Of a stretch of DNA of 47,071 nt, positions 9,160 to 18,256 are shown one piece after another. Source of the stretch: Elusimicrobiota bacterium (lineage in GTDB: Bacteria; Omnitrophota; Gorgyraeia; Zapsychrales; Fredricksoniimonadaceae). Numbering within the stretch: the first letter of the stretch is position 1; each line of letters opens with the position of its first letter. The stretch covers positions 1 through 47,071 of the forward strand of contig JAAYZZ010000015.1 in NCBI GenBank assembly GCA_012514595.1, written 5' to 3'. A model generated the notes under the pieces. It was not told where the DNA came from. It saw only the letters and a list, made by a program, of their open reading frames with translations, and searched no databases. The translations under genes were made by a program, and so were the position numbers.

Positions 9160-11508
9160 TTAGAAACCCCGGCTCACACTGAAATAGAACTTTCCGCTCT
9201 TCTTCGACGTCTCTCCGGGCTCCTTGTCGAGCGGGATCCCGTAATCGAGGCTCATGGGCCCGATGGGGGTCTTGATGCGCAGCCCGATCCCGTAGCCCGA
9301 ATAAAGCTTCTCGCTGAGGACATCGCCAAAATCCGCGGTCACATGCCCCGTGTCAAAGAAGGTCGCGAACTTGACGACATCGATGAGCGGGATCGTGTAC
9401 TCAACGCTGCCCACAAAAAGGCCCTCGCCTCCGATCGGATCCTTCGTGGCGGAATCATACGGCCCCACGGCCCGTTCGTCATATCCACGGATCGAGCGTC
9501 CGCCTCCGGTAAAATACCGCTCAAAGATCGGGACCTTGTTGGTGCTGCCATACTCGGACACCATCCCGAGGCGGGCGCTCATCGTCAGGACCGAACTGTA
9601 ACGGAACGGCACATAGTAGGATCCGCTGCTCTCCAGACGATAGAAATCCTTATCCCCGGCCAAAGGTCCTCCCGCCAGATCCACAGATCCGTTCAACATC
9701 CACCCCTTGGTGGGCGAAATCGTGCTGTCCCGCTTGTCCTTCGTGACAGAGACCCCCGTCGAACTGACCGTGCTCTTTCCCTTCTCGCTCAAGAGATCCG
9801 CCGAGACATTATCCTCGAAATTGCTGATGTCCGTGTTCTCGATCCGATAGTAAGTCCCGACGGACAGATACTCGTTGAGCTCCTTGCCCAGGCGCAGTTT
9901 GAGCCCGGTCCGCTTCTGATCATACGCATACCCCGTATCCTCTTCCCTCTCATACTGGGTATGATAGAGATCGAACCCTGCGGAGACAGGATGATCGAAG
10001 ACCCAGGGCTCCGTAAAGGACAAAAGCAGGCTGCTGCGGCTGGAGCCCCCCTCGGCCCGCATGCTCACGCGCTGACCACCGCCGGTAAATGTCGGCCAGT
10101 TGGTAAAATCGAAATTGCGCTGTTCCAGCTCCACGAATCCGATGAAGGAATCGATCGTGCTGTAGCCGCCGCCGAAACTGAAGGAGCCGGTCTTGGCCTC
10201 CTTCACATCGACGATCAGGTCCTTCTGCTGGGGATCGGATGTGTCCTCGATATCAAAGGCCACCTCTTCAAAATAGCCCAGATTGTTGAGACGCTCCTTG
10301 CTGCGGCGCAGCTTCACCCCGTCGAACTGCTCCCCGGGATACATCCGGATCTCCCGCCGGACAACGATATCGCGGGTCTGGGTGTTCCCCTGGATCTTCA
10401 CCTTATTAATGTAAGCGATCCCGCCTTCCTCGACATCAAAGGCCACATCCACCCGGCCTGTCTGCGGATTCAGGGAGGTCGTGTCCTCGAGACGGGCAAA
10501 AAGATATCCCTTGTCAAAATACAAGGACTTGACGTTGACGATATCGGCGGCCAGTCTTTGCTTGGAGAAGATCTTGCCGCTTTTGATATCATTCATCGCC
10601 CCGAAGATCTCCGCATCGGAAAGAACGGCGTTCCCGTCGATACGGATATCCCCGACATAGTAACGGCGCCCCTCCTCCATCGAAACATCCACGTTCACCA
10701 GCCCTCCGCGGAGCTTGTCGACCTGATAGGAGGCCCGGGCATCGAGATAACCGTTCTTCTCATAGAAGGACTGGACGCGGTCCATATCCTCGGTGAGGAC
10801 ATCCTCTTTCAGATACCCGCCGTTGAACAGCCAGGCGGAGCGGGATTTCATGGCCCGAATGACCTTGGCGTCGCGGTACGCCACATTTCCCAGGATCCGG
10901 ATCCTCTTGATGCGGACCCGCTGTCCTTCCCGAATAATAAAATGAAGGCTCGCCTTATTCGTCGCGGGGTCCACAAAGCTCTCCACGTCCACCTCGACCT
11001 GGGTGAGCCCCTTCTTCTGATACATCTCCTTGATGGTATTGATGTCCTCATTGACGGTCTTGCGGTCCAGGAATTTCCCGGCCTGGGTCGTGATCTTGGA
11101 CAGGATCACCCGCTTACTGATATGCCGCAGCTTCGAGAACGTGATCTCGTCGATGATCGGCTTCTCCTCCAAAAGGATGATGACCTTGACCCCTTCCGGC
11201 GTCTCCTCCCGGTCGACCCGGACATCCGCGAAATATCCCGTGTTGTAAAGCCGCTTGAGATCATCCGAAATAACATTCTGGCGATACTCCTGACCGACCC
11301 GTGTCTTGATCTTGGACAGGATCGTGGCAACCCCGATGCTCTTGTTGCCCTGGATATCAATAGAGCGGACGGTCCGCCCCCCCGTCTCGGAGGCCACGGC
11401 CTCAACGGCTGGCGCATCTCCGGAGTCCTGGGCCCGTACAACAGGTTGAAAACCAAGGAGAAACAAATAAAAAACGACGAGGAGGGGAAGTAAGGTTGTT
11501 TTTTTCAT
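9160..11508 (-). CDS. bamA: Outer membrane protein assembly factor BamA
   Basis: Signal peptide MKKTTLLPLLVVFYLFLLGFQPVVRAQ, repeated POTRA-like segments, and a C-terminal Omp85 barrel ending ...GKFYFSVSRGF. Start set to ATG 11508, because the longest ORF would overlap dnaB. Confidence 0.9.
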   Translation of the reverse strand: MKKTTLLPLLVVFYLFLLGFQPVVRAQDSGDAPAVEAVASETGGRTVRSIDIQGNKSIGVATILSKIKTRVGQEYRQNVISDDLKRLYNTGYFADVRVDREETPEGVKVIILLEEKPIIDEITFSKLRHISKRVILSKITTQAGKFLDRKTVNEDINTIKEMYQKKGLTQVEVDVESFVDPATNKASLHFIIREGQRVRIKRIRILGNVAYRDAKVIRAMKSRSAWLFNGGYLKEDVLTEDMDRVQSFYEKNGYLDARASYQVDKLRGGLVNVDVSMEEGRRYYVGDIRIDGNAVLSDAEIFGAMNDIKSGKIFSKQRLAADIVNVKSLYFDKGYLFARLEDTTSLNPQTGRVDVAFDVEEGGIAYINKVKIQGNTQTRDIVVRREIRMYPGEQFDGVKLRRSKERLNNLGYFEEVAFDIEDTSDPQQKDLIVDVKEAKTGSFSFGGGYSTIDSFIGFVELEQRNFDFTNWPTFTGGGQRVSMRAEGGSSRSSLLLSFTEPWVFDHPVSAGFDLYHTQYEREEDTGYAYDQKRTGLKLRLGKELNEYLSVGTYYRIENTDISNFEDNVSADLLSEKGKSTVSSTGVSVTKDKRDSTISPTKGWMLNGSVDLAGGPLAGDKDFYRLESSGSYYVPFRYSSVLTMSARLGMVSEYGSTNKVPIFERYFTGGGRSIRGYDERAVGPYDSATKDPIGGEGLFVGSVEYTIPLIDVVKFATFFDTGHVTADFGDVLSEKLYSGYGIGLRIKTPIGPMSLDYGIPLDKEPGETSKKSGKFYFSVSRGF

Positions 11509-11564
11509 GGGCTGATTATACTTTCGTGGTAGAGGGCTGTCAAAAGATAAACCCGGTTTCCTGA

Positions 11565-12914
11565 TCACTCCGCCGCAGTTTCCTGATGAACAAGGTCCAG
11601 ATTCTCGAAACGCACGAACTCCTTGAAGAAGCGGAGCTTGACCGTACCTGTCGGGCCGTTGCGCTGTTTGGCGACGATGAGCTCCGCGATTCCAAGGTTT
11701 TCGGGTTTGGGCTCATAGTATTCCTCGCGCATGAGAAGGATCACCACATCCGCATCCTGCTCAATGGCCCCGGACTCGCGCAGGTCCGAAAGCTGGGGCC
11801 TGCGGTCCGTCCGGCTCTCGACGGCGCGGGACAACTGGCTGAGGGCCACAATAGGAACGCTCAACTCCCGCGCCAGGGCCTTGAGGGAGCGGGAGATCTC
11901 GGAGATCTCCTGCTGGCGGTTCTCACTGCGAACACTTCCGCGCATCAGCTGGAGATAATCCACGACGATCAGCCGGATATCCTCGGAGGCCTTGAGCCGC
12001 CGGGCCTTTGCCCGAAGCTCCAGGGGGGAAATGGCCGGCGTGTCGTCCACGAAGAATTTGATCTTCGACAATTTGTCCGCAGCACGGGTGAGCAAGGGCC
12101 AGTCAGGCGCCGCCAGCATCCCGGTGCGGACCTTGGAGGCGTCGACCCGGGCCTGACTGCAGAGCATCCTCATGACGACCTGTTCCTTGGACATCTCGAG
12201 ACTGAAGAACGCCACTCCCATCCCCCGTTCGATCGAGGCATGCTCGGCGATGGAGGCGGCCAAGGCGCTCTTTCCCATCGACGGACGAGCGGCCACGATG
12301 ATGAGATCCGAATTCTGGAGCCCCGATGTCATTTTGTCGAATTCATAGAACCCTGTCGGGACCCCGGTGACCGTGTCCTTGCGTTGATAGAGAAGGTCGA
12401 TCTTGTCGATGGTGTCCTTGACGATCTTCTTGACGGGCACGGCCTCCTGTTTCTGGCGGGAGGTCGCGATCTCGAAAATGAGGCGTTCGGCCTCATCGAC
12501 GAGCTCGTCGACATCGGACTGGACGTCATAGCTTTTGGAGGCGATATCCGTCGCGGTCCGGATGAGACGGCGCTTGATCCCCTTCTCCTTGACGATATCC
12601 GCGTAATGCAGGACGTTCGCCGAGGTCGGGACCTGGTCCGCGATCCGGGCCAGATAGGCGGCGCCGCCCACCGCATCCATCCCCCCCTCAGAGCGGAGAT
12701 GGTCGGTGAGCGTCACCAGATCGACATTCTTGTTGCTGGAATAGAGGCCGACAATGGACTGGTAGATCTTCTGATGGACCGGATCATAGAAATAAGACGC
12801 GTCCAGGCGTTCGATGACGATGCCGATGGCCTCATCATCGATGAGCATGGCGCCCAGGACCGCCCTCTCCGCCTCAAGGTTCTGGGGCGGGACTCTTATT
12901 TCTTCGTGACCCAT
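11565..12914 (-). CDS. dnaB: Replicative DNA helicase DnaB
   Basis: PPQNLEAERAVLGAMLID N-terminus, Walker A ARPSMGKSALA, ...IVVDYLQLM..., ...SQLSRAVESR... Confidence 0.95.
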   Translation of the reverse strand: MGHEEIRVPPQNLEAERAVLGAMLIDDEAIGIVIERLDASYFYDPVHQKIYQSIVGLYSSNKNVDLVTLTDHLRSEGGMDAVGGAAYLARIADQVPTSANVLHYADIVKEKGIKRRLIRTATDIASKSYDVQSDVDELVDEAERLIFEIATSRQKQEAVPVKKIVKDTIDKIDLLYQRKDTVTGVPTGFYEFDKMTSGLQNSDLIIVAARPSMGKSALAASIAEHASIERGMGVAFFSLEMSKEQVVMRMLCSQARVDASKVRTGMLAAPDWPLLTRAADKLSKIKFFVDDTPAISPLELRAKARRLKASEDIRLIVVDYLQLMRGSVRSENRQQEISEISRSLKALARELSVPIVALSQLSRAVESRTDRRPQLSDLRESGAIEQDADVVILLMREEYYEPKPENLGIAELIVAKQRNGPTGTVKLRFFKEFVRFENLDLVHQETAAE

Positions 12915-13339
12915 AACCGGAACTTTCCGACGACGTCCGGGTGAAGTTGAATGCCGACATCAAAGATCCCGAGCTCCTCGATCGGCTTCTCGAGAACCAG
13001 GTCCTTCCGCTCGAAATGATGGCCTTCCAGCTCGAGGGCCTTGAGGATCTCGCTCTCGGAGACCGCACCGTAAAGCTTCTCCTGATCGTTCACCTCGACG
13101 GTTACCGTGCAGGAGACCTTGGCCAGTTTCTCGGCGATGGCCTCGGCGGCCGCGCGCTTCTCGGCCTCGGCGGCCGCACGCTTTGCCTTGAGGGCCTCGA
13201 TCCTTTTCTTGTTGGCATCCGTGGCGGCCATGGCCAGCTGACGGGGGATCAGATAATTCCGCGCGAATCCGTCCTTGACCTTGACGATATCGCCGGTATG
13301 CCCGAGATCGTTCACATCCTGAGAGAGTATGACTTCCAT
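12896..13339 (-). CDS. rplI: 50S ribosomal protein L9
   Basis: MEVILSQDVNDLGHTGDIVKVKDGFARNYLIPRQLA is a canonical bL9 N-terminus. Follows rpsR. Confidence 0.9.
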   Translation of the reverse strand: MEVILSQDVNDLGHTGDIVKVKDGFARNYLIPRQLAMAATDANKKRIEALKAKRAAAEAEKRAAAEAIAEKLAKVSCTVTVEVNDQEKLYGAVSESEILKALELEGHHFERKDLVLEKPIEELGIFDVGIQLHPDVVGKFRLWVTKK

Positions 13340-13342
13340 CGT

Positions 13343-13627
13343 TTACTTCCTTTTTGCAGAGCCAGACGGTAACAGCCCCAGATAACGGGCCCTCTTGACA
13401 GCCTCAGCGATCTTTCGCTGCTGCTTGGCGCTCACCCCTGTCAGACGACGGGGAAGCATCTTGCCGCGATCGCTCAGGCACTTCTTGAGCGTCACGATAT
13501 CCTTGTAATCGATCACATCCGGCAACTCGACCGCCGCGCGGACGATGCGCGGAGCCCGACGGGGTCTCATCCCCTTCTTGCCTTTCTTTGCCTTCTCTTT
13601 CGAAAAACGACCGCCTGTTCTTTCCAA
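13343..13627 (-). CDS. rpsR: 30S ribosomal protein S18
   Basis: ...[49 protein letters not shown] is the bS18 core. Confidence 0.9.
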   Translation of the reverse strand: MERTGGRFSKEKAKKGKKGMRPRRAPRIVRAAVELPDVIDYKDIVTLKKCLSDRGKMLPRRLTGVSAKQQRKIAEAVKRARYLGLLPSGSAKRK

Positions 13628-13654
13628 TGGATCCTCCTTTGAAGATCATCTTAA

Positions 13655-13674
13655 GGACGCGAACTTCCGCGTCC
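13655..13674 (-). other. Perfect 7-bp GC-rich hairpin in the ssb-rpsR spacer
   Basis: GGACGCG-aacttc-CGCGTCC (as written on the + strand). No U-tract follows on the transcribed strand, so it is not a classical terminator. Confidence 0.5.
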
Positions 13675-13680
13675 GATGTT

Positions 13681-14127
13681 TTACTCTTCCCAACTGATAT
13701 CTTCAGGGCGTACCGTCTCGGCGGCCTGCGCCTCGACCGGCTGATCGCCTCCCCCTTCATCCGCGCCGGGAGCCCCGCCCGGACGTCCCTGGCCCTGCCC
13801 CTGTCCCAGGAACTGGATCCGCTCGGCCCGGACATCAATAACGCTGCGCTTCTGCCCGTCCGGGGTCTCCCAGGATCGGGACTGGAGCATCCCCTCGACA
13901 AAAACCGGGCGCCCTTTATGCAGGTACTGGTTGCAGGCCTCGGCCTGCTTGTCCCAGGCGGTCACGGTGACAAAACACGTGTCTTCCTTAAGTTCTCCGG
14001 ACCTGTCCTTGAACTTGCGATTCACGGCCAGGCGAAAGTTGGCGACCGCCGTCCCGTTCGGCGTATAACGCAGCTCCGGGTCCTTGGTCAGGTTCCCGAT
14101 CAACAGCACCTTGTTCAGACTCGCCAT
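13681..14127 (-). CDS. ssb: Single-stranded DNA-binding protein
   Basis: MASLNKVLLIGNLTKDPELRYTPNGTAVANFRLAVNR OB-fold, a Gly/Gln-rich linker and an acidic tail. Sits between rpsF and rpsR. Confidence 0.9.
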   Translation of the reverse strand: MASLNKVLLIGNLTKDPELRYTPNGTAVANFRLAVNRKFKDRSGELKEDTCFVTVTAWDKQAEACNQYLHKGRPVFVEGMLQSRSWETPDGQKRSVIDVRAERIQFLGQGQGQGRPGGAPGADEGGGDQPVEAQAAETVRPEDISWEE

Positions 14128-14164
14128 GGTCCCCTCCCTGAAAAATATCCTCTCGTCCGACGCC

Positions 14165-14470
14165 TTAAGCCGCGGCCTTCTCCGGCTGGACCGCCACGAT
14201 CAGAAACCGCAGGATCCGCTCATTGATCAAAAGCTCCTTACGGAACCGGGCCACCTCAAGCTCAGGGATCTCGGCATCCATCTTGTAATAGGTGCCCTCC
14301 CATGCCTTCTTGAGGGGGAATGCCATGCGCTGACGGTCGATCCAGATATCGCACGCGAGCACCTGTCCTCCCACCTTCGCGGTCAGGTCTGTCACCTGCT
14401 TGGCCACTTCGGCCTTCTCCCCGTCGGAAGAGCGGGCATCCACGATGAAGATCACCTCGTATTTACTCAT
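14165..14470 (-). CDS. rpsF: 30S ribosomal protein S6
   Basis: MSKYEVIFIVDARSSDGEKAEVAKQVTDL...WEGTYYKMDAE is bS6-like. Part of the conserved rpsF-ssb-rpsR-rplI order. Confidence 0.9.
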   Translation of the reverse strand: MSKYEVIFIVDARSSDGEKAEVAKQVTDLTAKVGGQVLACDIWIDRQRMAFPLKKAWEGTYYKMDAEIPELEVARFRKELLINERILRFLIVAVQPEKAAA

Positions 14471-15059
14471 GTCCCTTTTTTCCCTTTCTTTGATTGAACA
14501 CCGTCATGGCGCGGGATTCCTCTCCCTGCAGCCACATCCGACAACACTCTGCCGCACGATCGATCGCGTCCGAGACCGCCCCGGCCTCTTCCCGCGCAAA
14601 AGCGGACAACACATAATCCGCCTGGACGTCGGGAACGGGGGGCTCTCCGACCCCGATCCGGACCCTCGGGAACGCCGAGGTCCCCAGACTTTCGATGATC
14701 GATCTCAATCCGTTATGCCCGCCCGCGGACCCTTCCGGCCGGAACCGGACCTGACCCACGTCGAGATGGATATCATCGCAAACCGTCAAGATCGAGGACG
14801 GCTCCACACTCGATGTCCTGACCAACTTTCCCAGCGTATTCCCCGAAAGGTTCATGAAGGTCTGCGGCTTGACGAGAAGACACCGCACATCCCCTTCAAC
14901 CATCTCGGCGGTCATGGCCTCAAGGCGCGAGGCGCGCTCCCAACGAACACCCCACGAGGCCGCAAGGGCATCCGCGACCATGAACCCGACATTATGCCGG
15001 GTCTTCGCATATCTCGCGCCCGGATTTCCGAGACCCACAATGACCTTTTGAACGGCCAA
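14463..15059 (-). CDS. pth: Peptidyl-tRNA hydrolase
   Basis: VIVGLGNPGARYAKTRHNVGFMV...GGHNGLRSI motifs. Confidence 0.9.
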   Translation of the reverse strand: MAVQKVIVGLGNPGARYAKTRHNVGFMVADALAASWGVRWERASRLEAMTAEMVEGDVRCLLVKPQTFMNLSGNTLGKLVRTSSVEPSSILTVCDDIHLDVGQVRFRPEGSAGGHNGLRSIIESLGTSAFPRVRIGVGEPPVPDVQADYVLSAFAREEAGAVSDAIDRAAECCRMWLQGEESRAMTVFNQRKGKKGHE

Positions 15060-15086
15060 TCTGCCTCTCCCCGGATAATGCAGACC

Positions 15087-15809
15087 TTATTTCTTCGCTC
15101 CGCCCTCGGGCTTCGCACCAGCCGCAGGCTTGGCCCCTGCCGCGGGTTTCGCCCCTTCGGCTTTTTCGTCCTTCGGCTTCTCCTTGATGACCTCAGGCTC
15201 GGCCTTGGCCTCACCCTCGGCGGCGGGTGCCGCCTCTTCCGCGGCAGCGAACGAAATGGTCACAACGACCGCGTCGGGATCCGCCTCTGTCTTGACCCCC
15301 GCCGGAAGGACCAGGTCCTTGACATGGATCGCATGATGCAGGTCGAGGTTCGTGACGTCCACAGCAATATGCTGCGGGATGTCCTTCGGCAAACACAGGA
15401 CGTGGATCTCACGCAGGGCGATCTCCATGGTAGCGCCCGGTTTCTTGAGACCGACCGCCTCACCCTTGATCGCGATCGGCACCGGCACCTCGATCTCCTC
15501 GTCCATCGAGACCCGGAGAAAATCCACATGCTGAATGGTGTCCTTCACGGGATGATACTGGATCTCCTTGAGGAGCGCGACAAAAGTCCCGCCCTCGGCA
15601 CCCCCCTTGACGCTGATGTTGAAGAGCACGCTCTCCCCCTCATGCGCCCGGACGATGCGCTCCAGGTCCTTGCGCAGGACCTGCACGCTCACCGACGGAT
15701 CCTGGCCTCCGTAGACAACGGCGGGAATGAATCCGCCCTCCCGGACATCGCGAGCCCCTGCGGTGCCCGTCTTACCACGCGTTTGAACTTCTAACTGGAT
15801 CTGTTCCAT
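15087..15809 (-). CDS. rplY: 50S ribosomal protein L25 / general stress protein Ctc
   Basis: LEVQTRGKTGTAGARDVREGGFIPAVVYG N-terminal bL25 domain, a Ctc C-domain, and a low-complexity AKPAAG-rich tail. Confidence 0.85.
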   Translation of the reverse strand: MEQIQLEVQTRGKTGTAGARDVREGGFIPAVVYGGQDPSVSVQVLRKDLERIVRAHEGESVLFNISVKGGAEGGTFVALLKEIQYHPVKDTIQHVDFLRVSMDEEIEVPVPIAIKGEAVGLKKPGATMEIALREIHVLCLPKDIPQHIAVDVTNLDLHHAIHVKDLVLPAGVKTEADPDAVVVTISFAAAEEAAPAAEGEAKAEPEVIKEKPKDEKAEGAKPAAGAKPAAGAKPEGGAKK

Positions 15810-15828
15810 ATGCTCCTACCACCTTCTC

Positions 15829-16776
15829 TTACCGGTTGACGTCGAACAGACAACTGATCGACTGTTCATTATGAATGCGCTTGATCGCCTCCGCGAGAAG
15901 CGGAGCGACCGTCAGCTGCTTGATCCTCGAGATCTTTTTGCTCTTGGGGAGAGGGATGCTGTCGGTGATCACGATCTCCTCCAGGTCCTTATTCGCCTGG
16001 ATCTTCTCGATCGCGTTCCCCGAAAGGACCCCGTGACTGACCGCGGCGTAGACCTTCTCCACCCCCATCTCCTTGATGGCCTTGATCGCCTCCATCATGG
16101 AACCGCCGGTCGCGATCATGTCATCCACAAGGATCGCGGTCTTGCCCTTGACCTTCCCGAGGATGTTCATGACCTCGGTCTCTTCAGGCGACATGCGGCG
16201 CTTGTCGATGATGGCGAGCCCCGCCCCCAACCTCTTGGCATAGGCACGGGCCATGCGGATCCCGCCGATGTCCGGAGAGACCACGACAAGGTTCTTCATG
16301 CCCATGTTCTCAAAATATTCGCAAAGCGTGTTGATCGCATAAAGATGATCCACGGGGATGTCGAAGAAACCCTGGATCTGACTCGCGTGAAGGTCCATGG
16401 CCAGGACCCGGTCAACACCGGCTGCGGTCATGAGATTGGCGACAAGTTTCGCCGTGATCGGCACGCGCGGCTGGTCCTTGCGGTCCTGCCGGGCGTATCC
16501 GTAGAACGGCAGAACGGCCGTGATCCGGGCGGCCGAGGCGCGCTTGGCGGCATCGATGAGGACCAGAAGTTCCATGAGATTATCATTCGTGGGCGAACAG
16601 GTGGGCTGGACGATAAAGACATCTTTCCCGCGAACGTTCGAAATGATCTGAACGCGGATCTCTCCCTCGCTGAAACGTCCGCAGAGGACATCGGCGAGCG
16701 GAATATCCAGGCACCGGGCGATCTTCTCCGCCAGGTCCCTGTTCGCATTCCCCGAAATAACGCAGATCTCACCCAT
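15829..16776 (-). CDS. prs: Ribose-phosphate pyrophosphokinase
   Basis: ...VLPFYGYARQDRK..., ...VSPDIGGIRMARAYAKRL..., ...ILVDDMIATGGS... Confidence 0.95.
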   Translation of the reverse strand: MGEICVISGNANRDLAEKIARCLDIPLADVLCGRFSEGEIRVQIISNVRGKDVFIVQPTCSPTNDNLMELLVLIDAAKRASAARITAVLPFYGYARQDRKDQPRVPITAKLVANLMTAAGVDRVLAMDLHASQIQGFFDIPVDHLYAINTLCEYFENMGMKNLVVVSPDIGGIRMARAYAKRLGAGLAIIDKRRMSPEETEVMNILGKVKGKTAILVDDMIATGGSMMEAIKAIKEMGVEKVYAAVSHGVLSGNAIEKIQANKDLEEIVITDSIPLPKSKKISRIKQLTVAPLLAEAIKRIHNEQSISCLFDVNR

Positions 16777-18034
16777 TTTTCTTCACCCTTTTGATGGTCC
16801 GGGCCGGCACCCCGACCGCGACCCCTCCCGGAGGCACGGACCGGTTCGCCGTCAGGACGCTCCCCGCTCCCAAAACTGCACCTGCCCCGATCCTGGCCGG
16901 GGCCACGATCACGGCATCAGACCCGATGAACGCCTTCGGCCCGATGACCGTCCTGTTCTTGTTCTTTCCGTCGTAATTGGCCGTGACCGTTCCGCAGCCG
17001 ATATTGCTCCCGGCCCCGACCCGGGCGTCGCCCAGGAAACTGAAATGCTTCATCGTCACGCCCGGCCCCAGGGTCGAACGCGAAACCTCTGTAAAATTCC
17101 CGACCGCAACACCCGCCCCCAACCGGGTCCCGGGCCGCAACCGTGCGAAAGGTCCGATCGAGCATCCCTTTCCCACCTGCACATCGCGATGGATGTACGA
17201 GCAGGGATAAATGATCGTGTCCCGTCCAATGCGGACATCCTGTTCCACGTACGTCGTCGCCGGGTCCACGATCGTCACGCCACAGGACATCAGCTTTTTC
17301 AGGATCCGCTCACGGCAGATCCGCTCGCAGAGCGCCAGGTCCGCGCGCGTATTGATCCCGATGTTCGCGGTCCAGTCCTCTGTCACCACCGCCCTCACCG
17401 TGCGATGCCGGGACAAAAACAGCTCGATGATGTCCGTGAGATAGAACTCTTTCTTCTTCGGGTTCACCCTAATCTTGCTGATCGAAGAAAAAAGAAGCGC
17501 CGCATCAAAACAATAGACCCCGGTATTGATCTCGCGGACCATCTTTTCCGACGGAGAAGCGTCCTTCTCTTCGCGGATCGCAACAAAACTCCCCGAGGCA
17601 TCCCGGATGATCCGGCCATAGCCATGAGGTTCGGAAAGGACCGCGCTCAAGACCGTGCAGGCCGCTTTAGCCTTGTGATGTGCCTGGACGAGCCGACGAA
17701 CGACCGCCTTATCCAGAAGCGGGGTGTCCCCACACATGACAAGGACCGTCCCTCTTGCCTGACGGAAATGGGGCGCGCACGAACGCACGGCATCCGCTGT
17801 GCCCAAAAGTCTCTTTTGGATCACGACCTCGGCGCGGGAACCAATGACCTTGCGCACCTCATTGGCCTTGTGACCGACCACGACATACGTTCTCAAAGAA
17901 CCCAAAGCCTTGGCCACATCCAGGACATGATCGATCGCGGGACGCCCCGCGACACAATGCAGGACCTTGGGCAGGTCAGACTTGAACCGCGTTCCCTTGC
18001 CTGCCGCCAGGATGATGGTCTTAAGATCTTTCAT
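16769..18034 (-). CDS. glmU: Bifunctional UDP-GlcNAc pyrophosphorylase / GlcN-1-P acetyltransferase
   Basis: MKDLKTIILAAGKGTRF N-terminus (ATG 18034) and C-terminal hexapeptide repeats. The 52-codon extension of the longest ORF has no GlmU counterpart. Confidence 0.9.
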   Translation of the reverse strand: MKDLKTIILAAGKGTRFKSDLPKVLHCVAGRPAIDHVLDVAKALGSLRTYVVVGHKANEVRKVIGSRAEVVIQKRLLGTADAVRSCAPHFRQARGTVLVMCGDTPLLDKAVVRRLVQAHHKAKAACTVLSAVLSEPHGYGRIIRDASGSFVAIREEKDASPSEKMVREINTGVYCFDAALLFSSISKIRVNPKKKEFYLTDIIELFLSRHRTVRAVVTEDWTANIGINTRADLALCERICRERILKKLMSCGVTIVDPATTYVEQDVRIGRDTIIYPCSYIHRDVQVGKGCSIGPFARLRPGTRLGAGVAVGNFTEVSRSTLGPGVTMKHFSFLGDARVGAGSNIGCGTVTANYDGKNKNRTVIGPKAFIGSDAVIVAPARIGAGAVLGAGSVLTANRSVPPGGVAVGVPARTIKRVKKNG

Positions 18035-18199
18035 AATGGATAAGGGACTGACGGTGGGCCCAACGCAACGCCGACGACCACAGAACGCCTGCTCCCTGTC
18101 ATTTCTCCAAGCCATCAAAGGCCACGAGAAAGCCCTGTGTCCGTCTGAAAAAAAGAGAAAACCCGCCTCTTTCTTCATCCCGGACCGCAATGGGGCACT

Positions 18200-18228
18200 A
18201 GAATACCAAACGCCCTTTTATTCGTCAA
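18200..18228 (-). promoter_or_regulatory. Candidate sigma70-type promoter in the cysK-glmU spacer
   Basis: Minus strand reads TTGACG-N17-TATTCT (-35 at 18223-18228, -10 at 18200-18205). Confidence 0.35.
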
Positions 18229-18256
18229 GGACAAATCCAGAGGCAGGGAACGATAA

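Noticed and set aside
9118-11493. Very long plus-strand ORFs: 791 aa here; also 3118..4587, 6049..7632, 11586..12944, 14400..15794, 15871..16794, 17045..18043, 19633..20556, 23306..24355, 36513..37922, 38006..39124 and 57..851.
   Set aside because: Where I checked the phase (this ORF and 3118..4587, 11586..12944, 15871..16794, 17045..18043, 19633..20556), the ORF is codon-aligned antisense to a clearly recognisable minus-strand gene. Their products are low-complexity and Arg/Pro/Gly/Asp-rich with no family resemblance. They are shadow ORFs caused by avoidance of TTA, CTA and TCA in the sense genes.
11509-11568. N-terminal extensions in the longest-ORF calls for bamA, lpxA (6243-6299), glmU (18035-18190), cysK, GIY-YIG (21673-21714), the secreted protein (22511-22642), hisG, ppiD-like, pgeF, the MORN protein and rlmN.
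   Set aside because: The extensions overlap upstream genes or a tRNA, lack family-conserved sequence, and internal ATGs with SD motifs give canonical N-termini or signal peptides.
13404-13901. 165-aa minus-strand ORF spanning the rpsR/ssb region.
   Set aside because: It is out of frame with two unmistakable conserved genes (bS18 and SSB), and its product is Arg/Ser/Gly-rich junk.
15087-15200. Repetitive AKPAAG-coding DNA at the 3' end of ctc, and the Pro/Ala tail of the MORN protein (35878-35940).
   Set aside because: These are low-complexity protein tails within well-supported genes, not independent repeat elements.
18035-18256. SRP (4.5S) or 6S RNA in the cysK-glmU gap.
   Set aside because: There is no GGAA-capped domain IV-like helix (AGGUCAGGUCCGGAAGGAAGCAGC-type motif) and no long symmetrical helix on either strand.
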